A stretch of 64,000 bases of DNA from Squalus acanthias (lineage: Eukaryota): contig CM059432.1 in NCBI GenBank assembly GCA_030390025.1, forward strand, positions 57,228,001-57,292,000. The letters are read 5' to 3'. The translations under genes and the position numbers were made by a program. Below, in pieces: positions 27,024 to 39,268 of the stretch (positions are counted from its first letter, which is position 1; the number at the start of each line of letters is the position of its first letter). The notes under the pieces are model-generated. The model was not told where the DNA came from, made no database searches, and saw only the letters and a list, made by a program, of their open reading frames with translations.

Positions 27024-27392
27024 GTGCCTGGCAAGGCCTTTACGAATACAAGCATCTGTACACATGCCGGATCGAAGGAACAGCGTGTCAAGCTTCAACT
27101 AGTTTCAAATGACATCTCCTTGAATCGTATGAATAACTCACCTCTACAGAATGTACATCTGCCGATTGGACATTCTAAGTACATGTTGTTTCGCTCATTG
27201 CATGACTATATACTTATCATCCTTTTAAATTGTGTTCAATTTAAAATAAGGCAAAACATTGTCCTAGGATGATTTAAAAGGAATTTTCATGTCGCACATG
27301 ATTGTGCATCTCCTGAACTTAATATGCTATTGTAACCGTATGAGTATCATTGACCAAACTCTGCCCTGATGTTATAAGCTCATCTTTTGGTC

Positions 27393-27402
27393 AAGAGGTG
27401 GG
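27393..27402 (+). promoter_or_regulatory. Polypurine tract
   Basis: AAGAGGTGGG immediately before the 3' LTR TG. Confidence 0.7.
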
Positions 27403-29748
27403 TGTAATGGAATAAGCCATATTCCAAGAAATACATCATCCTATGAACAGATTTTGATATTATTAATGCAAGACGTATTGGGGGAAAAATTCAGTTGGTT
27501 GCGCCTCCCGTTAGCGCCTTAAGAGGGCGCTAATGGGGCGCAAAGCAGCTAGCGCCCAGGTGCGGCGATGTTTGTGCCGCTCGCGAAATTAACTAGACAT
27601 TTTGCGGTGGCGCTAAACACTACCGCCACGATCTCCTGCGCCGGCAGATCATGACGTCAGTCGAGTGCGCAATGCCCCGGTATCGCCCCGGAGTGGATAT
27701 TGAGTGGCGCCCCCTGCCTTACCGCCTGCCGCTAGCAACGACAGGTTGAGGGGAGCGTTTTGCAGTCAGGAAGGGACTGGGGGAGCGCTATTTAAAGGCG
27801 ACTGCTTCCTGCCTTTTATTGTTGGTGACATTTTTGAACCACGCATTCTGAAAGAGAGAGAGAGAGACTTCTGGAGAGATTCAACGCTGTGTGAAGGAGT
27901 TTTGGGTACTGAGCAGCACTTTGCAGGTTCATTTTGATTTGCCCTTCCTTGTATCGATTTAGAAGAGACTGTGGGGGCTGCACTCTGAGCTCTTTCCCTG
28001 GTACTCTCCATTGTTCTTTCCAGCAGATTTGATGTACAGGTCTCTCCAGGCCGAGATTCAATGCTGCAATGAGCAGGATGTGGATGGAAAGCAAGATCAA
28101 CCCTCCCCTTTAAGAACTGGCCCACGCCATTGTGTGTGTGTTCCATTGCTGACTGACATCACATGAGCTTCGCCAGTGCTCTGAGGTAGCGCCTCGCTTC
28201 TCGGCCTTTGCGCCTTAAGACAGGTGTGAAGCACCTGATTTAGCGCTCCAATCAACTCCAGGGGCGATAAAAGTTAAGTTTGCAGTCGGAGGCGATAATT
28301 AGCGCCAGGCGCTAATCTTTGTGCCCGGCTGATAATTGCGCCCCAAATGGGACGATACTGAATTTCTCCCCCATTGAGTTTAAAAGTCTGGAAAGCCTTG
28401 GCGACACAGGCTGCAAACACAATACAGGCTTCTGAGATAAGATGAAGTGTTAACACAAAAGCTGTAAAACACCACAAGCTTTGAAATGGGAGATGGTTGT
28501 AAACACAAAAACAATGCCCCTATTGAAGCAAACCATTGGCGCTTCCAGAAGGTCTGGAGTTTGGGAGAAATACAATGGAATGACCCAAGTAAAATGTTAA
28601 AATCTAACACTTCGAACAAGAAACACAGAACATTAAAACAACCATATGCCTTCATAAAGTAACATCAAATAAGACAGGAAACACGATTAAATATGCAACC
28701 AATTGAGATAGCAAGAAAACAAATAAACACCCTAAGAGAAGTGGTTTTGATTACATATTGTAAAAGATACCTACAGAGAGGCTTTGAAGATATAATATCA
28801 ATAGATGACACCAAGCAATTACATTGCGTTTGTATTGAACTTGGAACATCACGGAGTCACGTTGTCTGGCTTACAAGCAGTTAAGTGATATTAAGAATTC
28901 AAAAGAAAGACATCCTAAGAATGGCATCAAAAAGATAAATCTGTAATAACCATTTTATGATAGTTTTTAAAACACCTAAAGGTAGAGACAGAATTCTAAA
29001 AGTTGGCAGCTGAAATGACAGTAAGAATAGAAAATAATTCAATAGAGTATCACTAGAGACAATTAGCTTACATCAGTAGAAAACTTCAAAGAATATACCA
29101 CTAAAAAAGAGTATAAAAATAAGAGCTTTTCAGATAGAGAGTCAGAAGTCACTGGAAGGGCAAGCGTTTCTCAACTTCACAGGCACGCTCTGTAAGTTTT
29201 TAACTCTGAGTCTCGGGTAATCAAGGTGTTTGATTTTGGTGGATATTCTGGATTAAGAAATAAGTAGAAGTGTGGAAATGTAACGAAATTAAGATTTGAG
29301 AATAAGGATCGCTGATAAGAAATGTAAGCTATTTGTATTTTGAACGGTTAAAGGTGCGATTGCCATACCAGCTGTTAACTAGATGTCGGTTCTTTAATAA
29401 ATCTATATATTTTTAGAATAGTCTCAAGTAATATTTCTGTATCAATCTCGCAAACTCAATTTCTGTACACTCTTCAGTAAGGAGTTGCAGAATTCTGGGG
29501 GGGTTTTCCGGACCCTCATAACATCCGGAAGGCTACAGTCTAGTTAAACTTGTTAAAAGTGCTATCCGGAGGATGGTAACATCTTCAGGCCGTTCCTTTC
29601 CTTTAGGGAGAGATAGTCTGAACCTTTAGATCCAATTAAGCGTCTCTAGAATTCGGCTACCGCTAACTTTAGTTGAAGGTGAACGTCTGGGGAATACGCC
29701 TGATCTGGGGTAGCCCAAAAAGGGCTAGGACTTGTAGTTATCCCTTCA
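27403..29748 (+). repeat. 3' LTR (~1450 bp after removing the MITE)
   Basis: Direct repeat of the 5' LTR. TATAAAA at 29112-29118, AATAAA at 29396-29401. Confidence 0.95.
27480..28372. mobile_element. PIF/Harbinger-type MITE inserted in the 3' LTR
   Basis: 16-bp TIRs GGGGGA(A/G)AAATTCAGT with 1 mismatch, 3-bp TSD ATT, absent from the 5' LTR, left end similar to 41619-42314. Confidence 0.9.
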
Positions 29749-29963
29749 AAGCAATCTCACAATACTCCACTGAACAAAATGATTTCTCTGCTGCTGAGCC
29801 ATGAGAGGGAGAATATTGCCCAGAAAGCAGCAGGCCAGGGTTGGATAGAGTGGATGGTTGAATATTCTGGTGTCTTTGGGGATCAAGGAGATTTTATGCA
29901 GAACTTTCCTTGAAAAGATTAAATAGGTCAGGTAGAGTCCATGACAGGGCAGATTATACATGA

Positions 29964-30965
29964 TTTTTTTTTATTCGTTTATGGGATCAGGGCGTCGCTG
30001 GCAATGCCAGCATTTATTGCCCATCCCTAGTTGCCCTTGAGAAGGTGGTGGTGAGCCGCCATCTTGAACCGCTGCAGTCCGTGTGGTGATGGTACTCCCA
30101 CAGTGCTGTTAGGTAGGGAGTTCCAGGATTTTGACCCAGCGACGATGAAGGATCGGCGATATACTTCTAAGTCAGGATGGTGTGTGACTTGGAGGGGAAT
30201 TTGTAGCTAGTGGTGTTCCCATGCGCCTGCTGCCCTTGTCCTTCTAGGTGGAAGAGTTCGCGGGTTTGGGAGGTGCTGCTGAAGAAGTCTTGGTGAGTTG
30301 CTGCAGTGCATCTTATAGATGGCACACACTGCAGCCACGGTACGCCGGTGGTGGACGGAGTGAATGTTTAAGGTGGTGAACGGGGTGCCAATCAAGCGGG
30401 CTGCTTTGTCCTGGATGGTGTCGAGCTTCTTGAGTGTTGTTGGAGCTGCACTCATCCAGGCAAGTGGAGAGTATTCCATCATACTCCTTACTTGTGCCTT
30501 GTAGATGGTGGAAAGGCTTTGGGGAGTCAGGAGGTGAGACACTCACTGCAGAATACCCAGCCTCTGACCCGCTCTTGTTGCCACAGTGTTTATGTGGCTG
30601 GTCCAGTTAAGTTTCTGGTTAATGGTGACCTCCAGGATGTTGATAGTGGGGGATTCAGCGATGGTAATACCATTGAATGTCAAGGGGAGGTGGTTAGACT
30701 CTCGCTTGTTGGACATAGTCATTGCCTGGCACTTCTGTGGTGCGAATGTTACCTGCCACTTATCAGCCCAAGCCTGAACGTTGTCCAGGTCATGTTGCAT
30801 GCGGGCATGGACTGCTTCATTATCTGTGGAGTTGCGAATGGCGCTGAACACTGTGCAGTCATCAGCGAAGATCCTCATTTCTGACCTTATGTTGGAGGGA
30901 AGGTCATTGATGAAGCAGCTGAAGATGGTTGGGCCTAGGACACTGCCCTGAGGAACTCCTGCAGC
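29964..30965 (-). mobile_element. LINE family B 3' fragment (RT C-terminus)
   Basis: FADDCTVF and YKAQVRS peptides, T-rich tail at 29964. Confidence 0.9.
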
Positions 30966-31139
30966 AAGGAGCAGGCTTGATCAGCAAATCTGTTTGCATG
31001 CTTTCATTCTTATGAAAATGCTATTCATGGCACATGCATCAAAAGATGTGATTTAGGGCCACAAAGTGTTCTGGGTTATTTCCGATAATAGACTGTTTAA
31101 TATTACCTAAGAATTATACAAATGCTATATAAATTAAGC

Positions 31140-31395
31140 AAAAATCCAATAAGGAATTCAGGAGAAAGTTCTTAATTCAGAAAGTGGTGAGAATGTGGAA
31201 CTCACTACCACGTGGAGTGGTTGAGGCGAATAACAGAGATGTATTTAAGGGGAAGCTAGATAAGTACTTGAGGGAGAAAGGAATAGAAGGATATGTTGAT
31301 AGAGTGAGATGAAGCAAGGTGGGAGGAGGCTCATGTGGAGCATAAATACCAGCCTGTTGGCCAAATGGCCTGTTTCTGTGCTACAAATTCTAATT
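31140..31395 (+). mobile_element. CR1 3' end fragment
   Basis: Matches 4180-4430. Confidence 0.75.
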
Positions 31396-31550
31396 AAATA
31401 GTCTAGAGACATCACAAAGTGATACCAGTTGTACTTGAAGGTCAAAGTTTATGATGAAGCAATTCTTTACCTTGCATCATGTACAAAATGTAACGTGATC
31501 TGAGCCTGCCTGCATAAACACCAGAACTAAGGCTTCAAAGTCATGATATT

Positions 31551-32255
31551 GGTGCAGAAATTCCGATCCCTACGGGTGTGTACGCGCTGTGTACTCACCC
31601 GTAGGGACATCGGAAATGCCAGTTTCAGGCATGCACTGCGCATGCGCTGGAAACCGGCATTTCCGATCTGTCAAGAAAGCTCTTGACAGATCCTCCGCCT
31701 GCCCCGGAGAAGGGCCTCTGCGGGTGGAGAGTTCCGTTTTTTGGAGACCCTCCGCCCGCAGAAAACACTTACAATTCTTGCGCCTGCTTTTACCAGGATA
31801 AGAGTTGAAAAAAGTTAAAAAAAAATGTTTTCACTGATTTATCATTTAACAATACTTTAAAGAAAGGTAAGTTTATTTTTAGCCCTGTTAAAAACTTTAA
31901 TTATTTTTTTCAGAAAATAAATTTTTTGTTTAAAATACTTAATTTATTGTAATTTAAAGTCATTTTAAAAATGTGATTTTTAAAAAAATTTATTTAAAGT
32001 TTTACTATGTTTTGGGGGTGATCTCTATTCATATATTTGACAGGCCTTCTTTGATTGGCTCCCCATGGCCCACGTGATCCCAGGGACGCTGCGAACCGCC
32101 TGCGCCTCTGGGATACGTGGGCCCTGCGCACCGGCAGTTTGGAGAGGCCCAGTAGCGGAACTCTGCGCCTCCCGGGAGCCCTCCGGTCTTAGGGCAGATT
32201 TTTCCAGATCGCAGGCCTCCGCCCGCGGGAGGCCTGCGATCGGAATTTCTGGGCC
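31551..32255. mobile_element. PIF/Harbinger-type MITE
   Basis: TIRs GGTGCAGAAATTCCGATC / GATCGGAATTTCTGGGCC, TSD ATT, inverted relative of 51250-51994. Confidence 0.8.
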
Positions 32256-32329
32256 ATTATTATTATTTCTGTTTGTAAAGTGAACAGATTTTAAAATATA
32301 AATTTCAACTAAATTCCAAAGAAGTTCTC

Positions 32330-32755
32330 CTTGGGTTGTTCTCCTTAGAGCAGAGACAATTGAGAGGAGATTTGATAGAGGTGTTCAAAATCATGAGGGG
32401 TCTGGACAGAGTAGATAGAGAGAAACTGTTCCCACTGACAGAAGGGTCGAGAACCAGAGGACAAAGATTTAATGTGATTGGCAAAAGAACCAAAGGCGAC
32501 ATCAGGGAAAACCTTTTTACTCAGTGAGTGGCTAGGATCTGGAATGCAATACCTGAAAGGGTGGTGAGGCAGACTCAATCATGGCTTTCAAAAGGGAGTT
32601 GGATAAGTACCTGAAGGAAAAAAATTTGCAGGGCTACAGGGAAAGGGCGGGGGAGTGGGATTAGCTGAAGTGCTCTTGCAGAGAGCTGGGACGGGCTCGA
32701 CGGACCGAATGGCCTCCTTCTGTGCTGTAACCATTCTATGATTCTGTGATTCTAT
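32330..32755 (+). mobile_element. CR1 3' fragment
   Basis: FSLEQRQLRGDLIEVFK peptide and ATTCTATG tail. Confidence 0.88.
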
Positions 32756-34397
32756 AAAAGCTTTCCTTCCCATTAAGTGGCTTGGTAAAACCCAATTTGG
32801 CCTTCAGTTTTTATGATATAGAAATCTTGAATGCTGTTCAGATTTTGCTTCTCTTTTAATCTTTGATAGTTTGGCATTTCTGCTGTAAAGGTGTTTTTCT
32901 TCCATTAATTTAGCTCATAATGCCTGTAAATCCAAATTAAAAGAAAACATCAATGTTTTAATTCTTTCCAATTTAGAGACTGCTTTTGAAAGACAAATTT
33001 TCTGCATAGGCTAGCATACTGCATGGTTGTACAAGTATGGTTGCCAATTCCTGAACAAATGTAATGAGATTTTTAGATCAGCAGATGAGAGAACAAAAAC
33101 CTTCTCCGTGACCCCAAATATTTTTCCCACCATTCTCCCTTTACTTCCCATTTTAACCTATGTTTTCTTTTCAAAAGTGCAGATGCCTTCCTCATTGTTA
33201 TTTATTTGTATCTGGAGCTGTCTCACATTTGCTTTGTCATTTCATTTTACTTCACGTTTCCCTCTTCTTTTCCTTTCATCGTTTATTTTCTGCTTCAGTG
33301 GATCTGTCAGGTCCTTGCACCTCCTTGTTTGCTGGTCATGCAAAGTAGAAAGAGACACAGGGGAATTGCAGACTTAAAGTGTGTTAACACTACAGCAACC
33401 AATTCACAATAAATATTGAACTGTAAAGTGTGGTACTTTATTCTGATCACAATTCCAAGTTGAAAACTCTCACTTTGTGACAGCTGTGCTGACGACTTGC
33501 ATCTGGGTGATATAACACCAGAGGCAAATGGGGTAGACATTTTCTATAAGAAAGAACTTAGAGCACATCAGGTTGGTAATGCCATTCCAGTTTGCAAATG
33601 TGCTGAACCTGAGTTGCACTGAGTGAAAACCTTAACTTAAAACGCAGTGTATATATTAGCAATCAAATGGGACCACAAAGAGGAACGACCTCCTTGTTTT
33701 CCATGAATTGATGCGAGTTTATTTCTAAGTATCAAGACAGCATCACATGCTTATGGTCCTTGTCTTATTTTTCCTAGTGTGTGCATTCCCAACTGCAGTC
33801 CTCATGTACATTGCCAAGTATACCCTTCTTTATCTGTGAGCCAAACAGTGATTGTTAGCATGCTATTTAACTGTGAAGGTCATCACATCCTGTCCTTACT
33901 TGATATCGATGCACATAAGTTTTCCAGCAAGTTAGCGACAGGAGTGGGGACCCTCATTTATTTTTCCTTTTCCCTGCCCTGGCATTGAGATAATTTGCAG
34001 TACCCCAGCTGCTACCTGGCTGATATCAATTATCTAGGAATCAAACTTGGGACCTTTTGGTCTGCATGGCTTAGTACTCTACTGGTTGGTGCCTTTTCCC
34101 AATGGGAAGTGTTTAAGGGGTTCTATGATACACCATATGATGAGTCAAAGTTTTCAGTGAGCCTCCATACAAATGACCATTCTCAAGACTCGGAATCTCA
34201 GGGTATTTCTACTCCTCAAAGTCTGACATAATTCGTGGAATATCTAGAAGTTGCATGATTCAAGAGTTTTAACTTGACTTTTTCAGAATTTGGCATTTTA
34301 AACAAGTTATTGCCCATCAGAATCCACCAGAAAGCTGCTATTAGGTGTAAGAAATATTTGACCAACGTCATGTTTGATTCAAATACTTGTCACTGTA

Positions 34398-35087
34398 ATG
34401 AAGTCGCTGAAGGTAAGCATGCAGGTGCAGCAGGCGGTTAAGAAGGCAAATGGTATGTTGGCCTTCATAGCGAGAGGATTCGAGTACAGGAGCAAGGATG
34501 TCTTGCTGCAGTTGTACAAGGCCTTGGTGAGACCACACCTTGAGTATTGTGTGCAGTTTTGGTCGCCTTATCTGAGGAAGGATGTTCTTGCCATGGAGTG
34601 CAAAGAAGATTTACCAGACTGATACCTGGGATGGCAAGAATGATGTATGAAGAGAGATTGGGTCGATTAGGCTTATATTCGCTAGAGTTTCGAAGAATGA
34701 GAGGGGATCTCATTGAAACTTATAAAATTCTAACAGGACTAGACAGACTAGATGCAGGAAGGATGTTCCCGATGGCGGGGAGTCCAGAACCAGAGGTCAC
34801 AGTCTAAGGATAAGGGGTAAGCCATTTAGGACTGAGATGAGGAGGAATTTCTTCACCCAGAGAGTGGTGAACCTGTGGAATTCTCTACCACAGAAGGCAG
34901 TTGAGGCCAATTCATTAAATATATTCAAGAAGGAGATCGATATATTTCTTAAGGCTAAAGGGATATGGGGAGAAAGCAGGGACAGGGTACTGAATTTGGA
35001 TGATCAGCCATGATCTCATTAAATGGCGGAGCAGGCTCGAGGGGCCGAATGGCCTACTCCTGCTCCTATCTTCTATGCTTCTATGAT
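34398..35087 (+). mobile_element. CR1 3' fragment
   Basis: LYKALVRPHLEYCVQFWSP peptide and (CTTCTATG)2 tail. Confidence 0.9.
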
Positions 35088-35638
35088 TAGCTATTACTAA
35101 ACACAGATATAGAGAAAAGGAGGGGTGCTGTAAACCAGAAACCGTTGTATTAAAATATTTCTTATTTTACATTTATGACTGGGATGTGATTTGAAGAAAA
35201 GTATTATAAGAACTTTGTTTTACTGCAATATGAAACATAGACAGCAGAATTATATAACGTTATGAAATTGGATGAAACAAAACTTTGGAACATTTGGGAA
35301 CGATAACACACAATAGTTTTCCTTAATAAAAAGGCATATTAATTAAAGGAATGGATTAAAGCATTATCCTTTCACCAAAATGACCAGGGTCTTAATCCAA
35401 TAATAAAGGCAGAATGAACATGATCATATCCTCCTCAAAAGTGAGAAGTCGCACAACACCAGGTTATAGTCCAACAGTTTTATTTGAAATCACAAGCTTT
35501 CGGAGCTGCTGCCCCTTCGTCAGGTGAAGTGAAGGAATACGAATCGGCAAAGCATATATAGACAGGGAACAATGCCTGTGTAGCGTACAATGTCAGACGA
35601 CTACATTTAATCTTTCTGACTGCCTTTCATCACACCTC

Positions 35639-37498
35639 ACCCGAGCACAACGCAACGCCATCCACGCTCTCAAGACCAACAGCAACATTGTCATCAAACC
35701 AGCGGACAAAGGAGGAGCCATCGTCATACAGAACAGAATGGACTATTGCAAAGAAGCATACCGACAACTGGACAACCTGGAACACTACAGACAGTTACCC
35801 GCAGATTCGACCAAAGAACACACCCGCCAACTCAATAGACTGATCAAGACCTTCGATCCAGACCTTCAAAGCATCCTACGCGCTCTCATCCCACGTACTC
35901 CCCGCGTGGGAGACTTCTACTGCCTCCCAAAGATACACAAGGCCAACACACCCGGACGTCCTATCGTATCAGGCAACGGAACCCTGTGTGAGAACCTCTC
36001 TGGATACGTCGAGGGCATCCTGAAACCCATCGTACAGGGAACCCCCAGCTTCTGCCGCGACACCACAGACTTCTTACAGAAACTCAGCACCCATGGACCA
36101 GTTGAACCAGGAACACTCCTCGCCACGATGGACGTATCGGCACTCTACACCAGTATCCCCCACAATGACGGCATCGCTGCGACAGCCTCAGTACTCAACA
36201 CCAACAACAGCCAATCTCCAGACACCATCCTACAACTCATCCGCTTCATCCTTGACCACAATGTCTTCACCTTCGACAACCAGTTTTTTACCCAAACACA
36301 CGGAACAGCCATGGGGACCAAATTCGCACCCCAATACGCCAACATCTTCATGCACAAGTTCGAGCAAGACTTCTTCGCTGCACAGGACCTCCAGCCAACG
36401 CTGTACACCAGATACATCGACGACATTTTCTTCCTTTGGACCCACGGCGAAGTATCACTGAAAAGACTACACGATAACATCAACAAGTTCCATCCCACCA
36501 TCAAACTCACCATGGACTACTCCTCAGAATCGGTTTCATTCCTGGACACACGAATCTCCATCAAAGACGGACACCTCAGCACTTCACTCTACCGCAAGCC
36601 CACGGACAACCTCACGATGCTCCACTTCTCCAGCTTCCACCCTAACCACGTTAAAGAAGCCATCCCCTATGGACAAGCCCTGCGAATACACAGGATCTGC
36701 TCAGACGAGGCGGAACGCGATGGACACCTACGGACGCTGAAAGACGCCCTCGTAAGAACGGGATATGACGCTCGACTCATCGATCGACAGTTCTGACGGG
36801 CCACAGCGAAAAATCGCATAGACCTCCTCAGAAGGCGAACACGGGACACAACCAACAGGGTACCCTACGTCGTCCAGTACTTCCCCGGAGCGGAGAAACT
36901 ACGCCACGTTCTTCGCAGCCTTCAACATGTCATCGATGACGACGAACACCTTGCTAAGGCCATCCCCACGCCTCCACTACTCGCCCTCAAACAGCCGCCT
37001 AACCTCAAAAGTACCATCGTTCGCAGCAAATTACACAGCTTTCAGGATAACAGCGACCACGACACCACATAACCCTGCCATGGCAACCTCTGCAAGACAT
37101 GCCAGATCATCAACACAGATACCATCATCACATGTGAGGACACTACCCACCAGATACATGGTACATACTCATGTGACTCGGCCAACGTTGTCTACCTCAT
37201 ACGTTGCAGGAAAGGATGCACCGGAGCATGGTACATCGGCGAGACCATGCAGACACTGAGACAACGTATGAACGGACACCGCGCAACAATCGCCAGGCAG
37301 GATTGTTACCTCCCAGTCGGGGAACACTTCAGCAGTCAAGGACATTCAGCCTTGGATCTGCGGGTAAGCGTTCTCCAAGGCGGCCTTCGAGACACACGAC
37401 AACGCAAAATCATCGAGCAGAAACTGATAGCCAAGTTCCGCACCCATGAGGATGGCCTCAACCGGGATCTTGGGTTCATGTCACGCTACATGACGTAG
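35639..37498 (+). pseudogene. Penelope RT + GIY-YIG endonuclease ORF with two in-frame stops
   Basis: ORFs 35738-36796 and 37247-37498 are in the same frame, with stops at 36794-36796 and ~37070. Confidence 0.88.
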
Positions 37499-37812
37499 AG
37501 TCATCCAGACTCGAGTCGTCGTTGGCTTGTTCACAGATGTGATTTCCAGTAAAAAAAAGTAAAAATTTTAAAGTTTATGGTTTTCCATACAGACTGCATT
37601 TGACACATTAGACCCCCTGTGACCCCACCTCATTGTCTCAGTTGTATCTTGCTATGTCTTTGATGTGGTGCCTTCCTGGCTGACCTGATTGTTTCTCTGC
37701 CGAAGTGTGATGAAAGGCAGTCAGAAAGATTAAATGTAGTCGTCTGACATTGTACACTACACAGGCATTGTTCTCTGTCTATATATGCTTTGCCGATTCG
37801 TATTCCTTCACT

Positions 37813-37850
37813 TCACCTGACGAAGGGGCAGCAGCTCTGAAAGCTTGTGA
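37813..37850 (+). ncRNA. Minimal type I hammerhead ribozyme motif in the Penelope pLTR (inverted copy at ~35490-35527, - strand)
   Basis: TCAC-CTGACGA-stem II-GAAA-GCTT-GTGA: CUGANGA/GAAA core, stem I TCAC/GTGA, palindromic AAGCTT stem III. Confidence 0.75.
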
Positions 37851-39112
37851 TTTCAAATAAAACTGTTGGACTATAACCTGGTGTTGTGCGACTTCTCACT
37901 TTTGTCCACCCCAGTCCAACACCGGCATCTCCGCATCATATCCTCCTCAGACAGACGTTGAAACCAAATTAACTACCAGCAATATCATTTCATATTCTCA
38001 CAGTGAACAAAACAATTCTTGGAAAATAGTTCTGTAATTTTTTGAACTCATCAATGTGAAGGATGTTAGTGCTGGGAATAGAACACTTTGCATTTTGGAC
38101 ATCCAGTATCCCTGGTTAGGTATTAAAAACTGTTCTGAATCTTGTTCAAGTTCTGAGTTTAGTCACAACAATAAGACAAAGACATGAATGAGAAGGGTAT
38201 GTTAATAAAACTGACATTCGGTATTTTGCATTCAATACTCTCACACATCCTTGTCAAAGCCTTCTGCCTTGTTACATCTCCTTCCACTTTCAAAAGCCTC
38301 TTCAAAACCAGCCTCTTCAAAACCTACCTCTTCAAACGCTCCTATGGTTGCCTCTCCTAAAGCTCCTCCCATTTCCTGCTTGTTGTCTAGCTCCTCTTTG
38401 TATTGCACTTTGGGGTGTTTTGTTACATTAAAAGGGTTATATAAGTGCAAGTTGTCGTTCATGAATGTTGTGTACTCAACAAAGCACTTTTATTCATGAG
38501 TATGCCTAAGAGCCTTAAACATTTAGTCAACAAATAAGCTTAATTTTATCAACATTGGTAATCTACATTACCTTTATTGTAACTAACTGTTCGCCAGTAA
38601 TATTTTTCTCTCCTTTCTCAAAGTTATGTCCCCTTCCTCACATTTAAACTTCTATGTAATTCACCTATCAGGAGGATGAAATGAGCCAACCTAATGACAT
38701 TTCCATAGAAGGTTGGTCCTTGGGTCACCCATCAGGATCTCCGTGTGAGTACTACATGATCCTGGAGCAGACCCAAGTGTGAGTCAGTCTACACTGGGAC
38801 CTGGCATAACTCAGGTCTCCCAGACAAAAGGTGAATGCTCCAATCTTGTGAGTAGTAGGCCATCTTTTAACAATTGAGTTTTTCCTGTGTCTTATGACTT
38901 TTGTATCTTATAGGATCATAAAATTTTGTAGGACAGATAGTGGTCATATGGCCCATCACACCTCTTGTCAGCTTGCTTAAAGAGCTACCCAGTTAGTCCT
39001 ATTGCCCAACCCTTTCACCAAACCAAAATGTTCTTTTTCAAATATTTATCCACTTCCCTTTTAAAAACTGTTATGGAATCTGTTTCTGCCAATGCTTCTG
39101 ATAGGTTACTCC

Positions 39113-39268
39113 GGCCGAGAAATTCGTCTCGGGCGGTGGTGCAAAACGGGCGGTATCGGATCGGCCGCCTGTTATTCGCAGCGCCTCAGGCCTCAGGTGC
39201 TGCATATAACGGGCAGCCGATCCAATACCGCCCGTTTTGCACCACCGCCTGAGACGAATTTCTAGGCC
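39113..39268. mobile_element. 156-bp fully palindromic Harbinger-type MITE
   Basis: GGCCGAGAAATTCGTCTC...GAGACGAATTTCTAGGCC, TSD TCC. Confidence 0.85.

Larger units (their letters stand above)
20526..29748 (+). mobile_element. Endogenous foamy(-like) retrovirus provirus, deletion derivative (LTR-gag-pro-[no RT]-RNaseH-IN-[no env]-LTR)
   Basis: Paired TG...CA LTRs, tRNA-Lys PBS, PPT, 4-bp flanks AAGG/AAGC, and spumavirus-type Gag, RNase H and IN motifs. Confidence 0.93.
35438..37934 (+). mobile_element. Penelope-like element (probably Neptune group), 5'-truncated, with inverted pLTR
   Basis: KPADKGG, MDVSALYTSI, GTAMG and RYIDD RT motifs. Cys-rich linker PCHGNLCKTC, then GIY-YIG (VVYLIRC..WYIGET..RMNGH). 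~198-bp inverted repeats at 35437-35635 / 37705-37903. TSD ATCATATCCTCCTCA (35423-35437 / 37935-37949). Confidence 0.93.
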
